A DNA stretch of 64,000 bases from an uncultured bacterium (GTDB lineage Bacteria; Patescibacteriota; Minisyncoccia; SW-4-49-11). The translations under genes were made by a program, and so were the position numbers. The notes under the pieces were generated by a model that searched no databases, was not told the DNA's origin, and was given only the letters and a program-made list of their open reading frames with translations. Every line of letters starts with the position of its first letter. The stretch's first letter is position 1. The stretch spans positions 113-64,112 of the forward strand of contig CALMJI010000006.1 in NCBI GenBank assembly GCA_937864235.1, written 5' to 3'. This document shows, piece after piece, positions 26,948 through 35,673 of this stretch.

Positions 26948-27808
26948 ATGAAAAAAATATTATTCATTAATTTTCGAACATCATTCCAAGTAGAGTTTAA
27001 AAAAAACATAGAATCTCATGGATATAATTTCTATCATATTAAATTTACTGAGCTATCTTTACTAAATAATCAGATACTTGTGAATGACTCAAAACTTGAA
27101 GAGTTTAGCTATGTATTTGTAGGACTAACTGAGAAACACAAACATATTAGCCCTATTTTGAAGCAATATCTAATTAATAAAAATATACCTTTTATATTTT
27201 ATGGACATAAACCTGATCATATTGACTCTAAATCATTTGAAATATATAATTTGAGTAGTAATAATATTCCAATTATACCTTCCTTAATTTCAAGAGATAA
27301 AAATACAATAGCTGACTTTATAAACCAATATACTAATCCTTTTATAACAAAACCTGTAAATGGTAGAAAGGGTAGAGAAATACTTCAACATTCCTCTTTA
27401 GAATCTACAATGGATGCCGTAAATAAATCTGAGACTCCTCTAATTATTCAGCCTATGATCCTTAATAACGGTGATTATAGAGTTTGGATATTAAAGGGGC
27501 GGGTCATAGGGGTAATCAAGAGAAGTCCTAATGCAGAGGGTGAGTTTAGGTCTAATATTTCTCTTGGTGGAACTGCTCAAGTAGCTAGCCTCCCTGATGA
27601 TGTATTAGATATGGCTATCAAGTCAGCTCAAATTCTAGATTTGGATATGGCTGGAGTAGATATTATTCAAGATATTAATACCAAGAAGTATTATATTATG
27701 GAAGTTAATGCAGCCCCCCAATTCACTGGCTTTATGGCAACAACGGGTATTAATTTGTTTGAAGTTATCACAAAATATATAATACAAGAAATTGAAGTTA
27801 AGAAATAA
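26948..27808 (+). CDS. RimK-family ATP-grasp ligase (alpha-L-glutamate ligase-like), paralog 3
   Basis: DYRVWILKGRVIGVIKRSPNAEGEFRSNISLGGTAQ...AGVDIIQD...YIMEVNAAPQF. Confidence 0.75.
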   Translation: MKKILFINFRTSFQVEFKKNIESHGYNFYHIKFTELSLLNNQILVNDSKLEEFSYVFVGLTEKHKHISPILKQYLINKNIPFIFYGHKPDHIDSKSFEIYNLSSNNIPIIPSLISRDKNTIADFINQYTNPFITKPVNGRKGREILQHSSLESTMDAVNKSETPLIIQPMILNNGDYRVWILKGRVIGVIKRSPNAEGEFRSNISLGGTAQVASLPDDVLDMAIKSAQILDLDMAGVDIIQDINTKKYYIMEVNAAPQFTGFMATTGINLFEVITKYIIQEIEVKK

Positions 27809-27828
27809 TTATAATCTTACATAAAATT

Positions 27829-28839
27829 ATGTCAATAGAAACCGATACTAGACCAATAGAACATAATGAAAGACAGCCAATCTTTTATCCTGAACGCCCC
27901 TCTTACTCAGCTCAAAGGCTTCTTCATGAAATATCAAAATATCAATATGGAGAAAAACAACAAGAACCATTGACCCCTGAAGAGTATCTTGAATCAATAA
28001 ATTTTGAAAATCCTTTTGTAGATGAGTTAGCTAAGCTATATTCTATAAGTTATGATAAAAAAACACTATACCCTGAATATTTTGATACCGTTATGGGACA
28101 AAAGGAGTTACAAGAAGTTATTTTATCACACTATTTAGCCAATAAAGGCCTGCCTGAAACTCAAATTATATTGGATAGATTATATAAAAATTCTAATCTG
28201 GAAAATAATAGTTCCCCGATTGACATTAGAGCAAGTATTTATATTTTAAGAAAATTAGACCCTGAATCCTTAGCTATATTAGGTGAGAAAAGTCTAAAAC
28301 ATCATACTAAGAAAATGTTGGAGACTCTATCTAAACATATTACAGAAGATGGGGCATTAAATATAGATGGTTTGGATAATCCAGAAAAAGTAATGTTTAT
28401 TGACCGTCCTGAAGAATTAGAGAAAAAAATTATAGGATTAAGAGAATTAAAGTTAAAATTAGAACAAGAAAGACTTAAGCTATCCCAGATAGAAGTAGGT
28501 ACCCCCGATAATAGTTCCACATTAATTCATTTCAAACTATCTAGAATCAGAGAGCTTATCAAAAAAATTAATGTTTTATTAGCTGAAACTTTAGAAGATA
28601 GAGCAATTCTGGATGCTGAAGCAGATTTGCCATCTCACAAACCAAAGTATAAATTAGATAAGTTTAGATATGGGGTTGGTCAGATGAGTTCTGAAGGTAA
28701 TTATGACCAAATAGACAGCAGATTATTACAACAAGCTGATGAAATAGCTGAAGAACATATTAAGTTAAATCAAGAAAAAGCATCTATCCTAGCAGAACAA
28801 GGATTAGACGTAAAAAAAAATGGAAGATGCAAGTATTGA
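27829..28839 (+). CDS. Hypothetical acidic coiled-coil protein. It is possibly the N-terminal part of the downstream QEGLA/HExxH protein, separated from it only by an A9 tract.
   Basis: It ends ...GLDVKKNGRCKY* and overlaps the next ORF at the 9-A run at 28812-28820. With 8 As the two ORFs fuse in frame (...GLDVKKMEDASIEPE...). Confidence 0.45.
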   Translation: MSIETDTRPIEHNERQPIFYPERPSYSAQRLLHEISKYQYGEKQQEPLTPEEYLESINFENPFVDELAKLYSISYDKKTLYPEYFDTVMGQKELQEVILSHYLANKGLPETQIILDRLYKNSNLENNSSPIDIRASIYILRKLDPESLAILGEKSLKHHTKKMLETLSKHITEDGALNIDGLDNPEKVMFIDRPEELEKKIIGLRELKLKLEQERLKLSQIEVGTPDNSSTLIHFKLSRIRELIKKINVLLAETLEDRAILDAEADLPSHKPKYKLDKFRYGVGQMSSEGNYDQIDSRLLQQADEIAEEHIKLNQEKASILAEQGLDVKKNGRCKY

Positions 28840-29761
28840 ACCTGAGGAAATAAAAATATACTTGGATAGGATTTTATCAGAATATGGATTGTTAAGCGAT
28901 TATCCTGCTGATCAAGAACAAGTAGATAATAATATTAAACCTACTGATAATAAGTGGAGATGTTATATAAAGCCTAATCAGTCCGTATTTGAAATTGATA
29001 GCAAAAGTAAAACTTTATTTATCCCAATTAAGAAGAGGTCTATTATAGATGTATTAACAAAAGGTGCTACTCATGAAATAATTCATATCCTTCAAAGAGA
29101 AAATACTGCTGAAATTGGACTACCCTTATACACTAACCCTCAACAAATGGGAGGGGATAGATCTGATCTATTTCAAGAGGGTGGAGCTATGTACTATCAA
29201 GATCAAGCTTCTCAAGAATTATTTGGATTTGCCAGTCCACCAGGGCCACATTATCTTAGAGCTATGGCCGTCAAACAAGCTGGAGGAGACTATCTAGCTT
29301 GTGTTAAGGCATATTATGAAAACACTATATCAGTCAACCCTAAAAAAGGAAAGTTGGCACCAAAAACCGCTATTAGTAGTGCTAGAAGATTGTTCCGTAA
29401 CTCAATAAACTTCAATAACAACGACCGCTCTATTCCTTCTACTAAAGATACTGTTTATCTAGAGCAAAAAGCGGTAGTAGAAGAAATTCTCAAATATTCT
29501 GAACTTCAAAATCTTATCTTAGTATCTGGAATTAACCTTGAGACGGCAAAAGAAATGATTCATTTTGGGTTATTAGATTTGAGTAAGCTAAGAACCCCAG
29601 ATTTATCTTATGTACAAAAAATTTGGGAGGAGGAAAAGCATAAATACACCCTAGACCCCCCAAACACAGAACCCGTCTCATCCCCCAATTCAGAGGAGAC
29701 TTCAGAACAAACTCCCCCATCCCCCACTACCCAAACAATAGACAAAAAATTAAAATTGTGA
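28820..29761 (+). CDS. DUF1704-like QEGLA-motif protein with an HExxH zincin motif (putative metallopeptidase partner of ATP-grasp ligases)
   Basis: GATHEIIHIL (HExxH) is followed about 35 aa later by DLFQEGGAMYYQD (a QEGLA-like motif whose Glu could be the third zinc ligand). Its gene neighbourhood contains alpha-L-glutamate-ligase-related ATP-grasp and 7TM genes, as described for this family. Confidence 0.55.
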   Translation: MEDASIEPEEIKIYLDRILSEYGLLSDYPADQEQVDNNIKPTDNKWRCYIKPNQSVFEIDSKSKTLFIPIKKRSIIDVLTKGATHEIIHILQRENTAEIGLPLYTNPQQMGGDRSDLFQEGGAMYYQDQASQELFGFASPPGPHYLRAMAVKQAGGDYLACVKAYYENTISVNPKKGKLAPKTAISSARRLFRNSINFNNNDRSIPSTKDTVYLEQKAVVEEILKYSELQNLILVSGINLETAKEMIHFGLLDLSKLRTPDLSYVQKIWEEEKHKYTLDPPNTEPVSSPNSEETSEQTPPSPTTQTIDKKLKL

Positions 29762-29766
29762 TATAT

Positions 29767-29794
29767 TTGATAAAGTGCATTATACAATTATAAC
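29767..29794 (+). promoter_or_regulatory. Promoter for tRNA-Thr (-35 TTGATA, 16-nt spacer, -10 TATAAC)
   Basis: Read from sequence. The tRNA 5' end lies 6 nt downstream of the -10. Confidence 0.4.
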
Positions 29795-29800
29795 TTTATA

Positions 29801-29876
29801 GCCGAAATAGCTCAGCTGGTAGAGCAACCGCCTTGTAAGCGGTAGGTCGGGGGTTCAAGTCCTCTTTTCGGCTCCA
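29801..29876 (+). tRNA. tRNA-Thr (anticodon TGT), CCA encoded
   Basis: Hand-folded cloverleaf. The 7-bp acceptor stem GCCGAAA pairs with TTTCGGC, the D arm is GCTCAGCTGGTAGAGC, the anticodon loop is CTTGTAA and the T loop is TTCAAGT. Confidence 0.9.
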
Positions 29877-29888
29877 TAGATATTTCTA

Positions 29889-29897
29889 TGGTATAAT
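29889..29897 (+). promoter_or_regulatory. Extended -10 TGGTATAAT for tRNA-Tyr
   Basis: Lies 14 nt upstream of the tRNA 5' end. Confidence 0.4.
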
Positions 29898-29911
29898 GTA
29901 TGTACATTTTT

Positions 29912-29999
29912 GGGCAGATGGCGGAGCAGTCAAACGCATCGGTCTGTAAAACCGACGCCTTTTCAGGCTACGTAGGTGCGAGTCCTACTCTGCCCACCA
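29912..29999 (+). tRNA. tRNA-Tyr (anticodon GTA), long variable arm, CCA encoded. The T-loop has G instead of the near-universal U at position 55.
   Basis: Acceptor GGGCAGA pairs with TCTGCCC; the anticodon stem TCGGT pairs with ACCGA around loop CTGTAAA; the variable arm is GCC-ttttca-GGC; the T arm is GTAGG-TGCGAGT-CCTAC. Confidence 0.75.
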
Positions 30000-30069
30000 A
30001 ACATTTACCAAAATAGTTGCAAAATATTTTATTTTGTGTATACTATGTTGGTATTTATCTTATTATTAA

Positions 30070-30142
30070 GGGTGCATAGCTCAGTTGGTAGAGCAGAGGC
30101 CTTTTAAGCCTTTGGTCGGTGGTTCGAGCCCACCTGCACCCA
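30070..30142 (+). tRNA. tRNA-Lys (anticodon TTT), no encoded CCA
   Basis: Acceptor GGGTGCA pairs with TGCACCC; the anticodon loop is CTTTTAA; the T arm is GGTGG-TTCGAGC-CCACC. Confidence 0.9.
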
Positions 30143-30242
30143 CATTTATAAAAAATTCATAATCTTACTCTATAATTACTTATACATCATATACTTTTGC
30201 ATTAGATTACTGAAGAAAAATTATAAAAAAGAGTGCTTAATT

Positions 30243-30350
30243 TTGTCTCCCTTAGGAGGGGGAAGCCTGAAAGGCGGGGGTGGATAAAACATAAACTAGA
30301 ACTCTATCCACCTCCGGCACTCCGTGCCACCTCCTCCAAAGGAGGACAAT
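30243..30350. repeat. GC-rich mosaic hairpin repeat element, copy 5. Modules: cccttaggaggg, ccacctccggcactccgtgccacctcc, cctccaaaggaggacaatta.
   Basis: Nested palindromes. It shares the ggcac..gtgccggaggtgga module with copy 8 (52060) and copy 11 (62040), and the ctatccacc module with copy 11 (62110). Confidence 0.7.
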
Positions 30351-30448
30351 TACTATCCAATTTATGATATTAGTCTAGTAATGTATACAATCCCTTTTGT
30401 CGATGATTACCTCATCTCGTACACCCTATACACAAAAACTAAAATATA

Positions 30449-30457
30449 TGTTATAAT
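30449..30457 (+). promoter_or_regulatory. Extended -10 TGTTATAAT for rnhA
   Basis: Lies 21 nt upstream of the ATG at 30479. Confidence 0.45.
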
Positions 30458-30478
30458 TATTTTAATATATATTTTAAT

Positions 30479-30892
30479 ATGATAATCAAAATACATACAG
30501 ATGGAGCCTCTAGAGGCAATCCCGGACCAGCTTCAATAGGAGTAGTTATAGAATTACCAGATGGGACAATCAAAACCTATCATCAAGCTCTTGGTATTGC
30601 TACTAATAACTATGCTGAATATCAGGCTATTATAGTGGCTTTAGAAAAAGTAAAATCTATAGTTGGCAAGACTAATACCAAAAAATATTCTATAAAATTA
30701 TATCTTGACTCCGAACTTGCTCAAAAACAATTAACAGGGATATATGAATTAAAAGATGAAGCTATTCAAAAAGCTTTTATCAAAATTTGGAATCTTAGAA
30801 TCAAATTTGGCTCAGTAGACTTTATTCACATTCGCCGTGAACTCAATAAACAAGCTGATGCCCTAGCCAATAAGGCTCTAGATCAAAATTAA
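30479..30892 (+). CDS. rnhA: Ribonuclease HI
   Basis: Catalytic motifs TDGASRGNPGPA (Asp1), NNYAEYQAI (Glu), HIRRELNKQADALA (His/Asp); 137 aa. Confidence 0.85.
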   Translation: MIIKIHTDGASRGNPGPASIGVVIELPDGTIKTYHQALGIATNNYAEYQAIIVALEKVKSIVGKTNTKKYSIKLYLDSELAQKQLTGIYELKDEAIQKAFIKIWNLRIKFGSVDFIHIRRELNKQADALANKALDQN

Positions 30893-30908
30893 CATAAATA
30901 ATAAATCT

Positions 30909-32357
30909 ATGAATAGAACCATACAAAAAATCTTCGCTTGGACACTTATATTCTTATTCCTTATTATAGCTCCTGCTATTGTACTATATAGTATGGGATA
31001 TCGTCTCAGTAAAGATAATACCGATGGCTCTATTCTAACTAGTACAGGAGGAATTAGGATTAACACTAGAATTCCTTATGAAATTGCAATTAATGATAAA
31101 TTTGAATCCAAAAGTCCACTTCTCAAAGTAGGGCTAGCCCCGCAAGATTTGGATGTAGTTTTGTCTCTATCTGGTTATCAGTCATGGGCAAAAAAAATAT
31201 CTATAAAACCATCTTTAGTACAATTAATTAGCGAAGTTACTCTTTTCCCAGAGAAGCCTAATTTAGAAAAATTCACCGATTTATCCCTAGCTCGTGATAT
31301 CAGTCGTGTGCCTGATGCTTCATCTCTGCTTTATACTTCTTATACACCTCAAGAATCTGGGCTTTGGTTATTGAACCTAGATACCAAACTTCGTAAAAGG
31401 ATTACCGATAGCGTAGCTCTTGGAGGAACTGATAATCAGGACTATTCAGACTTTGTTTGGGATGCTGCTGGGACTACTTTAGCTTTTAAAACCTCTATTA
31501 ATAATGTTTTCCAATATTTTGTAGTTATCAATGTAGATACTAATCCTATAATCTTTAATTTTACCAGCCTTATTCCTATTGCTGATGTCATTGCAAATCC
31601 TGTTAAAGTTGTAAGTTTAGATACAGATAGATTATTCTTCACCCAAGCCGGGGCATTATATGAAATCAAACAACAGTTTAGCAATCGCTCTGAACCACTT
31701 GTAGGAGATATGGATCAGTATAGCTTTATTAGTAATACTATTTATTATACCTCTAGCAAAGATATATCCAAGAATTTAATTCGTATTTATAATATCGACA
31801 CTAAACAAAATACTGTCATTAATACTCCAGATATGAGTATAAGTAAATTATTTGTAAGTCCAAGCCAGGGGCATATTATACTCTTAGATGATAACCAACA
31901 AGCTTGGCTCAAATCTCTTGGCCTAAAGACCCCAGAATTCAACCAAATTTCTGAACTTAAAATTAAAGATATACAATTTAGCCTAGATTCCAAAAAAGCT
32001 CTCCTAAAGGGCGAAAATACCATTTCTAAGCTATATCTAGATACAATAGAGGGTTATAAATCTAGACTTGAAGGAGATTTTGATACTTTATATACCTCTA
32101 ATGAGACTATTACCAAGTCAGAATTTTGGGAGCCAAATTCTGAATATATAATATTTGTAGAGAATAATATTCTTAAAGCAGTAGAATCAGATACTCGTGG
32201 TAATATTAATAGCTATACTCTATTAGATAATGCCAAAAACTTTATTTCTATTAGAATTGGAAATGATGCTAGGACTTTAATTAGCAATCCGGAAGATGAA
32301 ATTCAATATTTCCAATTCCCTATTCGAACCCCTTTGATTAATTTTAATAATAATTAA
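30909..32357 (+). CDS. Hypothetical membrane-anchored protein (482 aa) with an N-terminal TM segment
   Basis: N-terminal WTLIFLFLIIAPAIVLYSMG followed by a large, probably extracytoplasmic, domain with no recognised motifs. Confidence 0.45.
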   Translation: MNRTIQKIFAWTLIFLFLIIAPAIVLYSMGYRLSKDNTDGSILTSTGGIRINTRIPYEIAINDKFESKSPLLKVGLAPQDLDVVLSLSGYQSWAKKISIKPSLVQLISEVTLFPEKPNLEKFTDLSLARDISRVPDASSLLYTSYTPQESGLWLLNLDTKLRKRITDSVALGGTDNQDYSDFVWDAAGTTLAFKTSINNVFQYFVVINVDTNPIIFNFTSLIPIADVIANPVKVVSLDTDRLFFTQAGALYEIKQQFSNRSEPLVGDMDQYSFISNTIYYTSSKDISKNLIRIYNIDTKQNTVINTPDMSISKLFVSPSQGHIILLDDNQQAWLKSLGLKTPEFNQISELKIKDIQFSLDSKKALLKGENTISKLYLDTIEGYKSRLEGDFDTLYTSNETITKSEFWEPNSEYIIFVENNILKAVESDTRGNINSYTLLDNAKNFISIRIGNDARTLISNPEDEIQYFQFPIRTPLINFNNN

Positions 32358-32412
32358 AATCTTAAATATCTATTTATAATTTAGAGATTACTATTTTATA
32401 TAAATTTAGCAA

Positions 32413-32443
32413 AAACAAAAAGAGGGTTTTCCCCTCTTTTGCT
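32413..32443. terminator. Bidirectional intrinsic terminator (aagaggg-ttttc-ccctctt flanked by A-run and T-run) shared by the convergent ORF 30909-32357 and rpsI
   Basis: Perfect 7-bp stem with an A tract 5' and a T tract 3'. Confidence 0.55.
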
Positions 32444-32465
32444 AATATTTGTATATTATAATTTT

Positions 32466-32885
32466 TTATCTCTTTGCCCACTGTGGAGACTTTCTTGCTT
32501 TTTTGAGTCCTGGTTTCTTTCTTTCTTTTCCTCTAGGATCACGAGTTAGATAATTATTATCTTTAAGTTGCTTTTTTAGACTTTCATCATATTTTACAAG
32601 AGCTCTGGCCAAACCTAATTGAATAGCATCAGCTTGTCCAGTTACTCCTCCTCCTGTAACTTTAACAGTGATGTCAAAATTCTCAACTCCTAATACTGAT
32701 AAAGGTTTGATTACATTATTCTGATGATCAGATAGGTCAAAATATTCTTGAAGAGATTTATCATTAACTATAATACTATGCTCTTTTTTACGAGATAAAG
32801 TAACTCTTACTCTAGCAGTAGCAGCTTTTCTTCGTCCTACTCCTTCATAATAATGACTTGATTTGTTTGTAGTAGTTGTAGCCAT
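32466..32885 (-). CDS. rpsI: 30S ribosomal protein S9
   Basis: GVGRRKAATARV...GGGVTGQADAIQLGLARAL...KKARKSPQWAKR. Confidence 0.95.
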   Translation of the reverse strand: MATTTTNKSSHYYEGVGRRKAATARVRVTLSRKKEHSIIVNDKSLQEYFDLSDHQNNVIKPLSVLGVENFDITVKVTGGGVTGQADAIQLGLARALVKYDESLKKQLKDNNYLTRDPRGKERKKPGLKKARKSPQWAKR

Positions 32886-32888
32886 AAA

Positions 32889-33254
32889 TTATTTCGTTAT
32901 ATCATTCTTATGTAATACCAATCTAGCTAACATTTTAGCTCTTAGTCTATTTTTTGGAAGCATACCATATATAGCTTTTCTTAATACTTCTCTTGAATCT
33001 TTAGCCATTTGTTTATCTGCGGTGATAGATTTGATTCCTCCTGGATATCCAGTATGTCTATAATATGTCTTAGAAGCTAGTTTATTAGGATGAATAGATA
33101 ATTTATTAGTATTATATACTATAACTTTAGCTCCCCCATCTATATGATATTCAAAATTAGCTGAGTTTTTACCCATCAAAAGGGTAGCAACTTCAGTCGC
33201 TAAGGCTCCTAACCTCTTATTATCTGCATCAATGGTAATAATTTCTCTCTGCAT
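32889..33254 (-). CDS. rplM: 50S ribosomal protein L13
   Basis: 121 aa. Conserved L13 segments ...KRLGALATEVATLLMGKN..., ...YYRHTGYPGGIKS..., ...AIYGMLPKNRLRAKMLARLVLHKN. Confidence 0.9.
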   Translation of the reverse strand: MQREIITIDADNKRLGALATEVATLLMGKNSANFEYHIDGGAKVIVYNTNKLSIHPNKLASKTYYRHTGYPGGIKSITADKQMAKDSREVLRKAIYGMLPKNRLRAKMLARLVLHKNDITK

Positions 33255-33260
33255 ATTATA

Positions 33261-33611
33261 TTACTTAACTAATTCAATGATAGCCATTTTACTAACATCA
33301 CTTGTTCTTACTGGGGCTTTGATAATTCTAGTATACCCACCAACTCGATCTGCATAGCTAGGAGCAATTTCATCAAATAATTTATGGGTAGCTCCTTGAG
33401 TCAAAAATCTAAGAACATATCTTCTAGAAGCTAGAGATCCTTTTTTAGCATGAGTTACCATTCTCTCTACAAACGGCTTTAGAGCTTTAGCTTTAGCCTC
33501 TGTAGTAGTGATAGCTCCACGAGTAATCAAATCATTAGAAAGACTTCGCAAAAGTGCTTTCCTTTGCTCTCTATTTCTTCCAATCTTATGTAACTTATTT
33601 CCCTTATTCAT
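33261..33611 (-). CDS. rplQ: 50S ribosomal protein L17
   Basis: MNKGNKLHKIGRNREQRKALLRSLSNDLI..., 116 aa, immediately downstream of rpoA. Confidence 0.9.
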   Translation of the reverse strand: MNKGNKLHKIGRNREQRKALLRSLSNDLITRGAITTTEAKAKALKPFVERMVTHAKKGSLASRRYVLRFLTQGATHKLFDEIAPSYADRVGGYTRIIKAPVRTSDVSKMAIIELVK

Positions 33612-33659
33612 AATCGTGTGATCCTGTTAATGTTTTGCATTGTACCTTATTTTTGGTTT

Positions 33660-34589
33660 TTATGCAAGAGTAATATCATATTTAGCTATTTGGTCAGCTA
33701 ATTTTTTGAGTGCACTAGCTGATACACCTTTTATAGCTAACAAATCTTCTTGTGTGAATTGAGCTAACTGAGCAATATTTTTAATTCCAGAAGTCTCTAG
33801 AGCTTTGATAGTTCTCTGAGATAAGTCTAGAGTTGAAATTTTTATACTAGAGGTTTCAATATCTAAAGCAGGTTTCTCTTCCTTTACCTCTTCTACCTGA
33901 GCTCCATCAACTGTTAGAGCATTGAATTGTTCTACTAGAATACTAGCAGATTTATTGATAACTTCTAGTGGGCTAATTGTACCATCAGTCTTGATATTGA
34001 ATACAACTCGATTATAGTTGGTCTTATCTCCTACTCGAGTATCTTCTACATCATAAGAAACTCTAATTACTGGGGTAAAAATTGAATCAACAGCAATAAT
34101 CCCTACCTCTTCCTGTACATCTTGTTCTATATCTTTTCTAAATCCAAACCCTTTCTCAATAATTAATTCCATTTCAATTTTGGCATCTTTACTAGTTAAT
34201 GTCAAAATTGGAGCTTCTGGATTAACTATAGTAACTCCTCCAGGTAATTTTAAATCTGCTCCAGTCACAACTTTAGCTCCTTGAGCTTTAAGTGTCAATA
34301 TAGTTGGAGAATCTATAATAGCATCAAACCTTAAAGCCTTAATATTAAGAGTAATATCCAAAATATCTTCTAAAACATTAGGAATAGTTGTAAATTCATG
34401 ACTTACTCCTTTAATACTATACCTAGTTACTGCAACTCCTTCTAATGAAGATAACATAACTCGTCTTAATGAGTTAGCTATAGTAACTCCATAACCTGGG
34501 TTTAATGGCTCAATAGCATAGATAGCTTGAGACGAACTAATTTCTTGTACTAGTACAGGTGCTTTTGGAAGAATGATATGATTAGACAT
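33660..34589 (-). CDS. rpoA: DNA-directed RNA polymerase subunit alpha
   Basis: N-terminal dimerisation domain plus a C-terminal alpha-CTD helix-hairpin-helix (…IKNIAQLAQFTQEDLLAIKGVSASALKKL); classic position between rpsD and rplQ. Confidence 0.95.
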   Translation of the reverse strand: MSNHIILPKAPVLVQEISSSQAIYAIEPLNPGYGVTIANSLRRVMLSSLEGVAVTRYSIKGVSHEFTTIPNVLEDILDITLNIKALRFDAIIDSPTILTLKAQGAKVVTGADLKLPGGVTIVNPEAPILTLTSKDAKIEMELIIEKGFGFRKDIEQDVQEEVGIIAVDSIFTPVIRVSYDVEDTRVGDKTNYNRVVFNIKTDGTISPLEVINKSASILVEQFNALTVDGAQVEEVKEEKPALDIETSSIKISTLDLSQRTIKALETSGIKNIAQLAQFTQEDLLAIKGVSASALKKLADQIAKYDITLA

Positions 34590-34607
34590 AAGAGTATTTG
34601 ATTATTA

Positions 34608-35207
34608 TTATCGGGAATAATACTGAATCACAAGAGCAATATCGAAGTTCTGGCTCAATTCCTCCACTCCTGGGGTATGAGCGACTTCAACAATTTGATT
34701 TTTCTTGTCCAAAGTCAACCAAGATGGAAGATCTGAATCTTTTAACTTATCTTTATATTCAGCAACCAACTTAGATTTGGTAGCAGAATAAGTAATTTGA
34801 TCTCCTGTTTTAACCATAAAACTAGGAATAGTCACTTTTTTACCATTAACCAAAATATGACCATGGGAAATCATTTGTCTAGCTTGATCTCTAGTATATG
34901 CCATATTAGCTCTATATACAACATTATCTAGTCTAGTTTCTAAAATTCTTAGTAAAGCAGTAGGTGTAGGCTCAGCATCTGCTAGAGCTTTTTCATAAAA
35001 TCTACGGAATTGTTTTTCACGAAGTCCATATACATATTTTACTTTCTGCTTTTCTTGAAGCTGTTTTCCAAATTCAGAGGCAGATCTACGCCTTTTAGCA
35101 CCATGCACTCCCGGAGCTTTAGCTAATCTCTCATCGGTAATCTTTACCTCAGGGAAGATTCTCTCTCCAAATTTTCTACAAATTTTAACTTTCTTACGAC
35201 TATACAT
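34608..35207 (-). CDS. rpsD: 30S ribosomal protein S4
   Basis: 199 aa with an S4 RNA-binding domain (…VHGHILVNGKKVTIPSF…). Confidence 0.95.
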   Translation of the reverse strand: MYSRKKVKICRKFGERIFPEVKITDERLAKAPGVHGAKRRRSASEFGKQLQEKQKVKYVYGLREKQFRRFYEKALADAEPTPTALLRILETRLDNVVYRANMAYTRDQARQMISHGHILVNGKKVTIPSFMVKTGDQITYSATKSKLVAEYKDKLKDSDLPSWLTLDKKNQIVEVAHTPGVEELSQNFDIALVIQYYSR

Positions 35208-35225
35208 ATGCTCTTATAAAATCTA

Positions 35226-35654
35226 TTATACTCTTCTTGGTTTACTAGGACGAGTTCCATTATGAGGTACTGGGGTCAAATCTTTGATAGACATAATATT
35301 AAGCCCAGCTCCTGCCAAACCTCTAATAGAAGCCTCTCTTCCTGGACCAACACCTTTAACAATCACCTTAATATCCTGTAGACCAGTTTTTTTTACTTTT
35401 TCTACAACAGTTTTCGCTACCATAGTTGCAGCATAAGGAGTGGCCTTTTTAGCTCCTTTGAATCCCAAAGCTCCAGAAGATGACCAAGCTAGAATATTCC
35501 CAGACAAATCAGCCAAAGACACCATTGTATTATTATACGTAGAGACAATATAAGCAGTACCTCTTGAAACTTTCTTTTTTGACGAAGTTTCTTTTACTCC
35601 CATTTTTAATGAAGATACCGAATCTCCCTTTTGTGCTACACGCTTCTTTCCCAT
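35226..35654 (-). CDS. rpsK: 30S ribosomal protein S11
   Basis: ...AYIVSTYNNTMVSLADLSGNILAWSSSGALGFKGAKKATPYAA...VKGVGPGREASIRGL...PHNGTRPSKPRRV. Confidence 0.95.
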   Translation of the reverse strand: MGKKRVAQKGDSVSSLKMGVKETSSKKKVSRGTAYIVSTYNNTMVSLADLSGNILAWSSSGALGFKGAKKATPYAATMVAKTVVEKVKKTGLQDIKVIVKGVGPGREASIRGLAGAGLNIMSIKDLTPVPHNGTRPSKPRRV

Positions 35655-35673
35655 ATAAAAACTTACTTAATGA

